Assembly (NCBI RefSeq): GCF_039654945.1
Contig: NW_027361824.1
Location: forward strand, 18,104,001 to 18,168,000
Reading direction: 5' to 3'
From: Dendrobates tinctorius
Lineage: Eukaryota
DNA length: 64,000 nt
This document shows, in pieces, positions 39,752 to 53,200 of this stretch. The position numbers and the translations under genes are program-made. The first letter of the stretch is position 1, and each line of letters begins with the position of its first letter. The notes under the pieces are model-generated. The model searched no databases. It was given only the letters and a program-made list of their open reading frames with translations, and was not told the origin of the DNA.

Positions 39752-40013
39752 TAATAATAATAATCTTTATTTTTATATAGCGCTAACATATTCCACAGCT
39801 CGACAGTTTTGCACACATTATCATCACTGTCCCCGATGGGGCTCACAATCTAAATTCACTATCAGTATGTCTTTGGAGTGTGGGAGGAAACTGGAGCACC
39901 CGGAGGAAACCCACGCAAACACGGGGAGAACATACACACTCCTTGCAGATGTTGTCCTTGGTGGGATTTGAACCCAGGACTCCAGCGCTGCAATGCTAAC
40001 CACTGAGCTGCCC
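39752..40013 (-). mobile_element. tRNA-derived V-domain SINE with an L2-type tail
   Basis: Minus strand: A-box-like GGCAGCTCAGTGG, B-box GGTTCAAATCC, V-SINE core TGCGTGGGTTTCCTCCGGGTGCTCCAGTTTCCTCCCACA, (ATT)n tail. TSD ATAGAGAA (39744-51; 40014-21). Confidence 0.9.
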
Positions 40014-41275
40014 ATAGAGAAGACTTAGACTAGGTAAGGACACCAGAGACAAGACCTAGACTTGGTACGGACACTGGAGAGAAGGCCCAGACTAGGTAAG
40101 GACACAGGAAAGGAGACATGGACTAAGCTTGGACAATGGAGAGAAGATCCAAACTAGGTAACGACACCATAGAAAAAACACAGACTGGGCAAAGACACCG
40201 GAGCAAAGACCTAAACAACTGTAAGTAAGGACACCGGAGAGAAGACCAAGGCTAGTTACGGACACCGGAGAGAAGATCCAAACTAGGAAAGGACATCATG
40301 GAAAAAACACAGAATAAGTAATGACACTGGAAAAGAGACACAGACTACTTAAGGACATGATAGATAAGAATTAGACTAAGTAATGACACCGGAGAGAAAA
40401 CCCAGACTAATAACGGATACCAGAGAGAAGACCTAAACTAGGTATGGACACCAGAAAGAAAACCTGGACTAGGTATAGACACCAGAGAGACCTAGACTAG
40501 GTAAGGAAACCGGAGAGAAGGCCAAGACTAGGTAAGGAAACCATAGAGAAGACCCAAACTAGGTAAATACATTGGAGAGAAGACCTTCAGTAGGTACAAA
40601 CACCAGAGAAAAGACCTAGAAAAGGTTAAGACGCCGGAGAGCAGACCTAGAATAGGTGATGACACCGGAGAGAAGATCAAGACTAGGAAAGGACCCCGTA
40701 CATGAGACCTTAACTAGGTAAGAACCCTGGAGAGGAGACATAAACTAGGCAAGGACCCGGGAGAGGAGACCTAAACTAGGTAAGGACCCAGAGAGGAGAC
40801 CTAAACTAGGTAAGGACCCGGGAGAGGAGTCCTAAACTAGGTATGGACACAGGAGAGGAGACCTAAACTAGGTAAGGACCCGGGAGAGGAGTCCTAAACT
40901 AGGTATGGACACAGGAGAGGAGACCTAGACTAGGTGAGGACCCCGTAGAGGAGACCTAAACTAGGTAAGGACTGCCGAGTTGTAGTTTGTAATCAATACT
41001 ATTTTGGGGTGCATACAATGCTCTGATAGCTTTATATTGTATTTTGGGGGGGGAAGGTGCAGTGAGCAAAAAATAGCAACTCTGGAGTTTCTATTATTTT
41101 ATGTTCTTTAGAGAATTTACCATTTGGTTTACAGAACTTTATGTGTTGATAAATCAGATTTTTATGAACATGGCAAAACCAAATTTTTTTTTAAATTAAT
41201 TTCTTTATTCTTATACTGGTAAAAGGAGAGTGTGATTCAAAGAAATTTTTTTAATTTTCAAAAAAGTATTTAGAA

Positions 41276-41309
<34 letters not shown>

Positions 41310-41778
41310 TTCCCCTAAGAGACTTGAACCTGCGATGGTTTGCTCTCTTATATTATAAATATTGCAATACTTCAGTACTGCAGTATCAGTCTTTGGCTGA
41401 GCTTCAGATGAGACCATACAAAGATGGCAGCGACATCATGGGGGGAGCAAGATGGCAGCCCAAAGAGGGATTGCATTACGTATTTAAATGCCGTCAGAAA
41501 TCGCTAGAACCGATTGCTATATGACCGCAGCTTCTGAGTCCGCTCCATACATATGCACCCAGACGTAGGATGTAATAGTACATCCTATGTCAAGAAGGGG
41601 TTAAATATCAGGGAGCCCTGTCATCAAAAGTGGGGCATCTGGCAGGCCAGAGGACACCCGTTCCCAGCACTAAGACTTATCAGACATTTATGGTATATTT
41701 TGTGGAAAACGTCATTAAATTAAGAGCAAGTTTACATCAGCATTTATCGTATGTGTGAATAGAGACGTCAAAGGATAC

Positions 41779-41888
41779 GATCTACAATCAGTAGCCCAAA
41801 GTTCCAGAGGAGAAGGACAGCGAGGATGAACACCGGTCTCTCCAGCAAATCCCTCCGATCTTTTTTATCACTGATACACTGGCAGCAC
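41779..41888 (-). CDS. ALG8: ALG8 exon 4
   Basis: 110 nt, [36 protein letters not shown]. Followed by the U12-type donor GTATCCTTTG. Confidence 0.95.
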
Positions 41889-42039
41889 CTGGATCAAATC
41901 ACAAGGCAAAAAAATGTAAAAGGACGGAAGGAAACCTGAGGAGAGAAAGGAATGAAAAGTGAAGATGACAGAAGGCAAAAGATGGAAACAGAAGGGAAAA
42001 GGAAGGACTGGCCTTATTAAGGACATTGTAGGAAAGGCA

Positions 42040-43790
42040 AAAAACAGGTAAGGACACCTGAGAGAAGACCCAGACGAGGTACGAACACCGCAGAGAAGAC
42101 CCAGACTAGGTCCAGACATCGGAGAGAAGACCCAAACTAGGTAAAGACCCCGGAGAGAACACCTAGACTAAGTAAGGACAATGGAGAGAAGACCCAAACT
42201 AGGTACGGACACCTGAGAGAAGACCCAAACTAGGTATGGACACCGCAGAGAAGACCCAGACTAGGTCCAGACATCGGAGAGAAGACCCAAACTAGGTAAA
42301 GACCCCGGAGAGAACACCTAGACTAAGTAAGGACAATGGAGAGAAGACCCAAACTAGGTACGGACACCTGAGAGAAGACCCAAACTAGGTATGGACAGAG
42401 AAGACCCAGACTAGGTACAGACATCGGAGAAAAGACCTAGACTACAGACACTGGAAAAAAGACCCAGACTAGGTAAGGACACCAGAGAGAAGACCTAAAC
42501 TAGGTGAGGACAACAGAGAAAAGACATAGACTAGGTAAAGACATGAGAGAGAAGACCAAGACTAGGTAAGGACACCAAAGAGAAGACCTAGACTAGATGA
42601 GGACACAGGGGAGAAGACCTAGAGTAGGTGAGGACAACGGCGAGAAGACCAAGACTAGGTAAGGACACCCAAAGAGAAGACCTAGAATAGGTAAGGACCC
42701 CGGAGGTGACCTAGACAAGGACAATGGAGAGAAGATCCAGACTAGGTACGGACAACGGAAACAAAATCCAGACTAGGTAGAGACACCAGAGAGAAGACCC
42801 AGACTAGGCACGGACACCAGAGAGAAGACCCAGACGAGGTACGGACACCAGAGAAAAGATCCAGACTAGGCTTGGACACAGGAGAGAAGACCCAGACTAG
42901 GTACGGACACCAGAGAGAAGACCCAGACTAGGTATGGAGACTGGAGAGAAGACCCAGACTAGGTAAGGACACCCGAAGACTAGTTGAGGACAACGGAGAG
43001 AAGACCTAAACTAGGAGAAAACAACGTAGAGAAGAACTAGACTAGGTGAAGGTACCCAGAGAGAAGACCAACACTAGATAAGGACCATGGAGAGAAGAAC
43101 CAGACTAGGTACGGACACAAGAGAGCAGACCCAGACTAGGTACAGACACTGGAGAGAAGACCTAGACTTGGTAAGGAAACCGGAGAGAAGATCTAGACTA
43201 GGTACTGACACCGGAGAGAAGACCCAGACTAGGTAAGGACACCGGAGAGAAGACCTACAGTAAGTGAGGACAACGGAGAGAAGACCTACAGTAAGTGAGG
43301 ACAACGGAGAGAAGACCTAGACTAGGTAAGGACACCAGAGAGAAGACCAAGACTAGGTACGGACACCGGAGAGAAGACCCAGACTAGGTAATGACACCAG
43401 AGAGAAGACCAAGACTAGGTACGGACACTGGAGAGAAGACCCAGACTAGGTAATGACACCAGTGAGAAGACCTAGACTAGGCGAGGACAATGGAGAGAAG
43501 ACCTAGGCTAGGTAAGGACACCAGAGAGAAGACCAAGACTAGGTAAGGACACCAGTGAGAAAACCTAGTCTAGGCGAGGACAGCAGAGCGAAGACCTAGG
43601 CTAGGCGAGGTAAAGGCACGCAGAGGGAAGACCAAGACTAGATAAGGACCCTGGAGAGAAGAACCAGACTAGGTAAAGAGACCAGAGAGGAGACCCAAAC
43701 GAGGTATGAACACAAAAGAGGAGACGTAGACTAGGTAAGGACACTGAAGAGAAGACCTAGACTAGGTGAGGACACTGGAGAGATGCAGAT
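42040..43790. repeat. Diverged ~32-bp minisatellite, same family as 36945-40972 (ALG8 intron 3)
   Basis: Unit GGACACCRGAGAGAAGACCYAGACTAGGTA(A/C). Confidence 0.92.
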
Positions 43791-44195
43791 AATAAGTAAA
43801 GGTAGTGAGAAAAATCACTGGATATAGAACAGGAAGCTAAGGAATGTAACATTAGGAATAAGCAGATTCAGGGCAGAAAAGCAAGAACAAAATGAAAAGA
43901 ACAACATTAAGCAATGGGAGGGAGGATAAGACCAAAAAAAACCTGGAAATAAAGGGCATAGGAAGAAAGAACTGTTTGCCACCACGCTTTACCCTGCAGC
44001 CTTATGTCTTCACAAACTAACCAAGACATAAGTACAAGGAGAACTGACTTACCGCAGCAGTAACAGAATGCTTATAATCTACAAATAACTGCATGACAAG
44101 TGAGACTAATATGGGGAAACTGCGGCGCACACAGAGGGGGAGGGGAATAATAAGAGGGGAGACCCATTCTCTGTATGGACACGTCAGGATCTTAC

Positions 44196-44389
44196 TGTTT
44201 GGCAGCATAGATGAAGAAGACATCAGAGAGGATGACGGAGAACCTCTGGAAGAGGACGGTATTCGGGCTGGCGTAGTTTAGGTTTTCCACTTTTAGCATT
44301 TCTGGATCGAAGTAACGAGCCACGTGGGAGAGAGCGAACTCAAACCAGGCGAAAAATGGAGGGTAATCCAGCGTCCACTCGGAAGTCGC
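44196..44389 (-). CDS. ALG8: ALG8 exon 3
   Basis: 194 nt, AG/GT bounded, [32 protein letters not shown]...IYAAK. Confidence 0.96.
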
Positions 44390-44443
44390 CTGGAGATCAA
44401 CAATCAGGTTTATAGGCATAGGAAGAAAAAAGGGCTCATAATA

Positions 44444-45862
<1,419 letters not shown>

Positions 45863-45894
45863 CAACCAGGAAAAAAGTTAAGAAATATTCTTTA

Positions 45895-46029
<135 letters not shown>

Positions 46030-46535
46030 TTATGCACTCACTGCCTCTTACAGCATTATTCGCCCATCAGATGGCAGTATTATATTATGTGGGTTGAATG
46101 GCCGCATTATGTGGCAGTATAACCAGAGCTGCATATCTCGCAATGACTCGACCTCTAAATGACAGTAGTATTTTGGCAACGTATGGCAGTATTATCATGT
46201 GCTTTCTATGGCAGCACTATTTCACGACAATATGATGCTAGCATGTGGACTGTATACGGCATCAATGCTAGGGCACTGTATGGGAAATATGAGGCAGTAT
46301 TATGTGGGCTGCATGGTAGCAGTATACGGCAGTATTATATGGGCTGTACGGCAGAGCTATTTTGGTCCTTCACGTTGGTATTGTAAGGTCTAAGTTTGAT
46401 ACTACGGTATTGTTTGGGCACAGACTGTAACAATCATTTGGCCAATGAAAATCTGTATTATGTGGGTTGTATGATAGCATTACTTTGGCGCTATATAATG
46501 GTGTTATGTGGGCTACGAATGAAAGTTTTACTTAA

Positions 46536-48045
46536 AGGGGTTGTCCGGGCTTTTCACATAATCTCAGTACATATCTGGGCTGCAGAATTATGACAATAAA
46601 TAATTTACTTTCTGTCACTAGTTTGCACGGTTTTCTAGATGTTCTGAACAGAACGTCCAAGGGGTGTGTTATGGCATTGAAATGAGAACTGGTCGTAACC
46701 TCCTACTCTACTCCAAACATGCCCTCTATAGCAACAACCCCACCCTCCATAGCTACAGGCCCTCCCCGTCCACATGAAGAAGCCCTCATCACACAGTAAC
46801 AATCCTCCCCCTCTAGCAGCCTCAGTGCAGAGAGCAGACCACCCAGCTGCTCCTCCCCCAGACACACACTGAACAGTGATCTATGGAAAGTGAGGAGGGA
46901 AAATCGTCCTGTATTCTGGGCCACTCCATGATTACAATACATAACTCATTATCAGTGATTCCTTCCCTCACTGTCCCAGGCTGCTGGCAGCAGTGAGAAC
47001 AGACTGTGTGATGGCCAGTGATGGGGGTCTGCAGCTTCTAATCTGCACAGGGGATGGCAGTCACTGATGTAATCTGTTGTGTGACAAAGCCTCTGCTGTG
47101 TGAATGAGACAGCTCTGTGTCACTGATGTCTTCACACAGCAGCAGATTTGGTGCAGTGTATGTGCGAAGCTCCACCAAACTCCCAGCAAGCTCCAGTGAC
47201 CAGCACCACCCACTGCCCACTCATTGGCTGGCAGTAAACTGCACCAGCACTCATCTTTATCATCATTCCAGCATTGGAAAGAACACAGCAGTGATCCTGT
47301 ATTTGTGAAAGCAGCACAATACATACATACATACACCCCCCAACACTTCACACTGTTACAGCTGCTGATTGGACAGACTGCTCCCATCAGTATTTGTGTC
47401 ATTAGAGACACAGTGCTCACACATACACTGCACCAAATCTGCTGCTGTGTGAAGACACCAGTGACACAGAGCTGTCTCATTCACACAGCAGAGGCTTTGT
47501 CACACAACAGATTACATCAGTGACTGCCATCCCCTGTGCAGATTAGAAGCTGCAGACCCCCATCACTGGCCATCACACAGTCTGTTCTCACTGCTGCCAG
47601 CAGCCTGGGACAGTGAGGGAAGGAATTACTGATAATGAGTTATGTATTGTAATCACGGAGAGGCCCAGAATACAGGACGATTTTCCCTCCTCACTAGATT
47701 CACTTTCCATAGATCACTGTTCAGTGTGTGTCTGGGGGAGGAGCAGCTCTCTGAACTGAGGCTGCTGGAGGGGAAGAATTTGTTACTGTGTGATGAGGGC
47801 TGCTTCATGTGCACGGGGAGGGCCTGTAGCTATGGAGGGTGGGGTTGTTGCTATAGAGGGCATGTTTGGAGTAGAGTAGGAGGTTACGACTAGTTCTCCT
47901 TTCAATGCCATAACACCCCCCCCTTGGAAGTTCTGTTCAGAATATCTAGAAAACCGTGCAAACTAGTGACAGAAAGTAAATTACTTGTCATAATTCTGCA
48001 GCCCAGATATGTACTGAGATTATGTGAAAAGCCCGGACAACCCCT
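46536..48045. mobile_element. Young Kolobok/T2-type foldback element with ~630-bp near-perfect inverted arms
   Basis: TTAA|AGGGGTTGTCCGGGC...GCCCGGACAACCCCT|TTAA. Arms ~46536-47166 and ~47415-48045, spacer ~250 bp. Confidence 0.95.
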
Positions 48046-48069
48046 TTAACAGTATTAGAGCTAATATAT

Positions 48070-49003
48070 TAGTAGGATCAACCTTTCTAAGTAGTCTACT
48101 GTATATGGACGTGTAGGTCATAAGAAGAGGAATAAAATGATACGTTGATATCTGCGATACAGTGTCTTACACCAGAAAAATCCATGTTTTTTTCAGTATG
48201 CAAATGAGCTGTTAAGATCTCTGGGCCAGAGATAGATCTCCCCAAGTCTGCCTCTAAAGCTTATTGTAAGTGAAACAAGGCATTACCAGTGTGAGACATG
48301 TAATGACTGACACTTTCCTCTCAGAATTATACACAGCTCTGCAGTGAAATCAGAACTAACACGGTACAGCAGAGGTGAACTTTTTCTCACTACAAATGTT
48401 TGCAGAAACACTTGTCCTCTCACAGTGCTGTCAGATCTCCTGCAGAGCTGTCCCTCATTATAACCAACACAGTACAGCAGAGCTGAAACTTGTCTGCCTC
48501 AAACACAACCAGCACATTTGCAATTTCCTTCTCACAGAGCTGTCAGCTCTGGTGTACTGCCCTTCCCCACACTGGCTGTCAGCGAGATGGAAACTTAAAC
48601 ACTATGAGAGGACAACTTCATATATTTTTGCAATGAGACAAACTTTACTTCTACTTTATGGTGTCGGCTCTGCTGTGCTCTTATCTCTGCTGTCCCGTGT
48701 TAGCTCTACTGTACTCTTTTACTTTTGACCTCACTGCAGAGCTGTATGTGATTATGAGAGCAGACTGTCAGTCATTACGTGTCTCACACTGGTAACTCCC
48801 CCTACCATTTATAATAATAATCTCTGGAGGCAGATTCTCGGGGGATCTATGCCTCGCCCATAGATCTTAACAGCTCATTTCATTATTAAGAAAAACGTGG
48901 ATCTCTCTGGAATAAAACATGAGATCACAGCTAACAAAGTATCAATATATTCAGCTTCCTATGAGCTACATGTAAACAGTTTAGGAGGGTGGATCTTTTC
49001 CCT
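48070..49003. mobile_element. Older Kolobok/T2-type foldback element with ~270-bp diverged arms
   Basis: AAATGAGCTGTTAAGATCT / AGATCTTAACAGCTCATTT and ACCAGTGTGAGACATGTAATGACTGACA / TGTCAGTCATTACGTGTCTCACACTGGT. Right end CCCT|TTAA; left tip eroded. Confidence 0.85.
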
Positions 49004-49563
49004 TTAAGGAGTGGTATTTTAGCACTGCATGGCAGGATTACTGATGACGACATTATGTGGACAGTATATGGCAGTATTATTTAACCCAATACAGCTGTAT
49101 TCTGTGGGCTTCAGGCCAATACTCTGCAGGTTGCATTGCAACATTATTTCGGCACCGCAGTATATGGCGAGTGTTATTTTCACAGTGTCGGGCACCATTA
49201 TTCAGGCTCTATATGGCGGTATTACTTGCTGCCTACATCATACACTGTGTGAGGATGAGGACTCGGATCACCACTGGGGTAATGGTGGGGTGTTAATAAG
49301 GTGACACTTGTGCTCTATATGGCACCACTTATGTCTACACCCCCTCCACTGACAGCACATACAAGGGGGTGATACATGAGGGGTGCACTTACTTTCAAAC
49401 ACACAATGCAGGTAAGTAGGGGCAGATGACATCTGTGACAGCTGTGAGACCCCCATATACAGCTCTGCTATCCCCACCCCCTTACAAGGCAAAGGATGCT
49501 GGGACTTGTAGTCGCCTCCTTTGCTCTCCATTAATGCGAAACATAACGCAGCCCGCTCCTTAC

Positions 49564-49688
49564 TAGGTCGGTATGAGGAGACATTTCAGCAGGGACACCC
49601 CGAGAGCCAGCGTCACAAACCATCCCCCGTCCCCAGGATGCCGGCTCCAAGATCCATTGTCCACGTTTCCGCCTCTGGGGGCCGCCAT
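49564..49688 (-). CDS. ALG8: ALG8 alpha-1,3-glucosyltransferase, exon 1
   Basis: CCAAGATGGCGG start context. Encodes MAAPRGGNVDNGSWSRHPGDGGWFVTLALGVSLLKCLLIPT(Y). 125 nt, GTAAGG donor. Confidence 0.93.
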
Positions 49689-49689
49689 C

Positions 49690-49860
49690 TTGGTACACCC
49701 GGACAATACGCGAGCAGGCGGTGCAGTGACGTCATCGCGCGTCCCGGGGGCGTGGTCTGGGACAGTTGGAGGGTCGACTCGTCACCGTCGCACTCAGCAG
49801 CACCGGCGGGGATCTCCTGAGGTAGCTGCACCGAGGAGCCGGGAGTGTCTGCACTAAAGA
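49690..49860. promoter_or_regulatory. CpG-rich ALG8 promoter, possibly shared bidirectionally with USP35
   Basis: GC/CpG-rich patch upstream of the ALG8 ATG, full CRE palindrome TGACGTCA at 49727-49734, YY1-like AAGATGGCGG overlapping the start codon. Confidence 0.6.
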
Positions 49861-50267
49861 GCCGAAAACTGAGCGTGTGATGTAGGAAAATGAGGAGTCT
49901 ATACTTCTACCTTCACTGAAATGAAATTAATACGTGTTCCCATGAACATGCCCTTAAAGTGATTGACCACGCCCCCACGACTACTATTTTAAGCGTTCAT
50001 AAATATTATACCTGTGTAATAATTTCTGGTGAGCAGAGTCCCCCCTACATGTACAGGCATTACCCAGCTGCTACAGAAAAAGTGCAAACTACCACACAAG
50101 TGTGCAAAAGAGTCATGTATAGCACAGCCCTCTCCAGAAACAAGGAGGCCCCCAATACATTCTCCCCCACCAAATGGAGGACACTGATCCCCCCCCCCGA
50201 TGTCCCTGATGTACGGTTTCTGATACATCTGTGGAATAATAATGATGTCCGTGGTCATATAGAACGT

Positions 50268-53200
50268 GGAATATAACAACTATAATACTGCCCCCTATGT
50301 ACAAGAATATAACTACTATAATACTGCCCCCTATATACAAGAATATAACTACTATAATACTGCCTCCTATATACAAGAATATAACTACTATAATACTGCC
50401 CCCTATATACAAGAATATAACTACTATAATACTGCCCCTATGTACAAGAATATAACTACTATAATACTGCCCCCTATGTACAAGAATATAACTACTATAA
50501 TACTGCCCCTATGTACAAGAATATAACTACTATAATACTGCCCCTATGTACAAGAATATAACTACTATAATACTGCCCCTATGTACAAGAATATAACTAC
50601 TATAATACTGCCCCCTATGTACAAGAATATAACTACTATAATACTACCCCTATGTACAAGAATATAACTACTATAATACTGCCCCCTATGTACAAGAATA
50701 TAACTACTATAATACTGCTCCTATGTACAAGACTATAACTACTATAATACTGCTCCTATGTACAAGACTATAATTACTATAATACTGCCCCTATGTACAA
50801 GAATATAACTACTATAATACTGCCCCTATATACAAGAATATAACTACTATAATACTGCCCCTATATACAAGAATATAACTACTATAATACTGCCCCTATG
50901 TACAAGAATATAATTACTATAATACTGTCCCCTATGTACAAGAATATAACTACTATAATACTGCCCCTATATACAAGAATATAACTACTATAATACTGCC
51001 CCCTATATACAAGAATATAACTACTATAATACTGCTCCTATGTACAAGAATATAACTACTATAATACTGCTCCTATGTACAAGAATATAACTACTATAAT
51101 ACTGCCTCCTATGTACAAGAATACAACTACTATAATACTGCCCCTATGTACAAGAATATAACTACTATAATACTGCTCCTATGTACAAGAATATAACTAC
51201 TATAATACTGCTCCTATGTACAAGAATATAACTACTATAATACTGCTCCTTTGTACAAGAATATAACTACTATAATACTGCCCCTATGTACAAGAATATA
51301 ACTACTATAATACTGCCCCCTATATGCAAGAATATAACTACTATAATACTGCCCCTATGTACAAGAATATAACTACTATAATACTGCCCCTATGTACAAG
51401 AATATAACTACTATAATACTGCCCCCTATATACAAGAATATAACTACTATAATACTGCCCCTATGTACAAGAATATAACTACTATACTACTGCCCCCTAT
51501 ATACAAGAATATAACTACTATAATACTGCCCCTATGTACAAGAATATAACTACTATAATACTGCCCCTATATACAAGAATATAACTACTATAATACTGTC
51601 CCTATATACAAGAATATAACTACTATAATACTGCCCCCTATGTACAAGAATATAACTACTATAATACTGCCCCTATGTACAAGAATATAACTACTATAAT
51701 ACTGTCCCTATATACAAGAATATAACTACTATAATACTGCCCCCTATATACAAGAATATAACTACTATAATACTGCCCCTATGTACAAGAATATAACTAC
51801 TATAATACTGCCCCTATGTACAAGAATATAACTACTATAATACTGTCCCCTATGTACAAGAATATAACTACTATAATACTGCCCCCTATGTACAAGAATA
51901 TAACTACTATAATACTTCCCCTATGTACAAGAATATAACTACTATAATACTGTCCCTATATACAAGAATATAACTACTATAATACTGCTCCCTATATACA
52001 AGAATATAACTACTATAATACTGCCCCTATGTACAAGAATATAATTACTATAATACTGCTCCTATGTACAAGAATATAACTACTATAATACTGCCCCTAT
52101 GTACAAGAATATAACTACTATAATACTGCCCCCTATATACAAGAATATAACTACTATAATACTGCCCCTATGTACAAGAATATAACTACTATAATACTGC
52201 CCCTATGTACAAGAATATAACTACTATAATACTGCCCCCTATATACAAGAATATAACTACTATAATACTGCCCCTATGTACAAGAATATAACTACTATAA
52301 TACTGCCCCTATGTACAAGAATATAACTACTATAATACTGCTCCTATGTACAAGAATATAACTACTATAGTACTGCTCCCTATGTACAAGAATATAACTA
52401 CTATAATACTGCCCCCTATATACAAGAATATAACTACTATAATACTGCCCCTATGTACAAGAATATGACTACTATAGTACTGCTCCCTATGTACAAGAAT
52501 ATAACTACTATAATACTGCCCCTATGTACAAGAATATAACTACTATAATACTGCCCCCTATATACAAGAATATAACTACTATAATACTGCCCCTATGTAC
52601 AAGAATATAACTACTATAAGACTGCTCCTATGTACAAGAATATAACTACTATAATACTGCTCCTATGTACAAGAATATAACTACTATTATACTGCCCCTA
52701 TGTACAAGAATATAACTACTATAATACTGCCCCCTATATACAAGAATATAACTACTATAATACTGCCCCTATGTACAAGAATATAACTACTATAATACTG
52801 CCCCTATGTACAAGAATATAACTACTATAATACTGCCCCCTATATACAAGAATATAACTACTATAATACTGCCCCTATGTACAAGAATATAACTACTATA
52901 ATACTGCCCCTATGTACAAGAATATAACTACTATAATACTGCTCCTATGTACAAGAATATAACTACTATAGTACTGCTCCCTATGTACAAGAATATAACT
53001 ACTATAATACTGCCCCCTATATACAAGAATATAACTACTATAATACTGCCCCTATGTACAAGAATATGACTACTATAGTACTGCTCCCTATGTACAAGAA
53101 TATAACTACTATAATACTGCCCCTATGTACAAGAATATAACTACTATAGTACTGCTCCCTATGTACAAGAATATAACTACTATAATACTGCCCCTATGTA

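Larger units (their letters stand above)
36945..40972. repeat. 31-32-bp purine-rich minisatellite with palindromic core, interrupted by an LTR and a SINE
   Basis: Unit GACACCGGAAAGAA(G)GACCTAGACTAGGTAA(T/A). Homogeneous 36945-38718, diverged 39481-40972. Confidence 0.95.
36558..41600. mobile_element. piggyBac-like non-autonomous element filling the U12 intron
   Basis: TTAA TSD (36554-57; 41601-04). Imperfect TIRs CTCCTTCCTGCCA vs CCCCTTCTTGACA (reverse complement of the right end). Internal motif GGGCTTGTTTTT..GAGTTGTAG is broken by the minisatellite. Confidence 0.75.
36511..41778 (-). other. ALG8: U12-type (minor spliceosome) GT-AG intron, ALG8 intron 4
   Basis: 5' splice site GTATCCTTTG matches the U12 consensus RTATCCTT. 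Branch-point-like TCCTGAAT lies ~10-18 nt before the TAG acceptor, and there is no long polypyrimidine tract. Confidence 0.88.

Noticed and set aside
39940-40013. tRNA gene
   Set aside because: The A/B boxes belong to the SINE head, followed by a V-domain and LINE tail, with a TSD.
36945-43790. CRISPR-like appearance (palindromic ~32-bp repeats)
   Set aside because: Head-to-tail units with no unique spacers, no cas genes, and a spliced vertebrate gene context.
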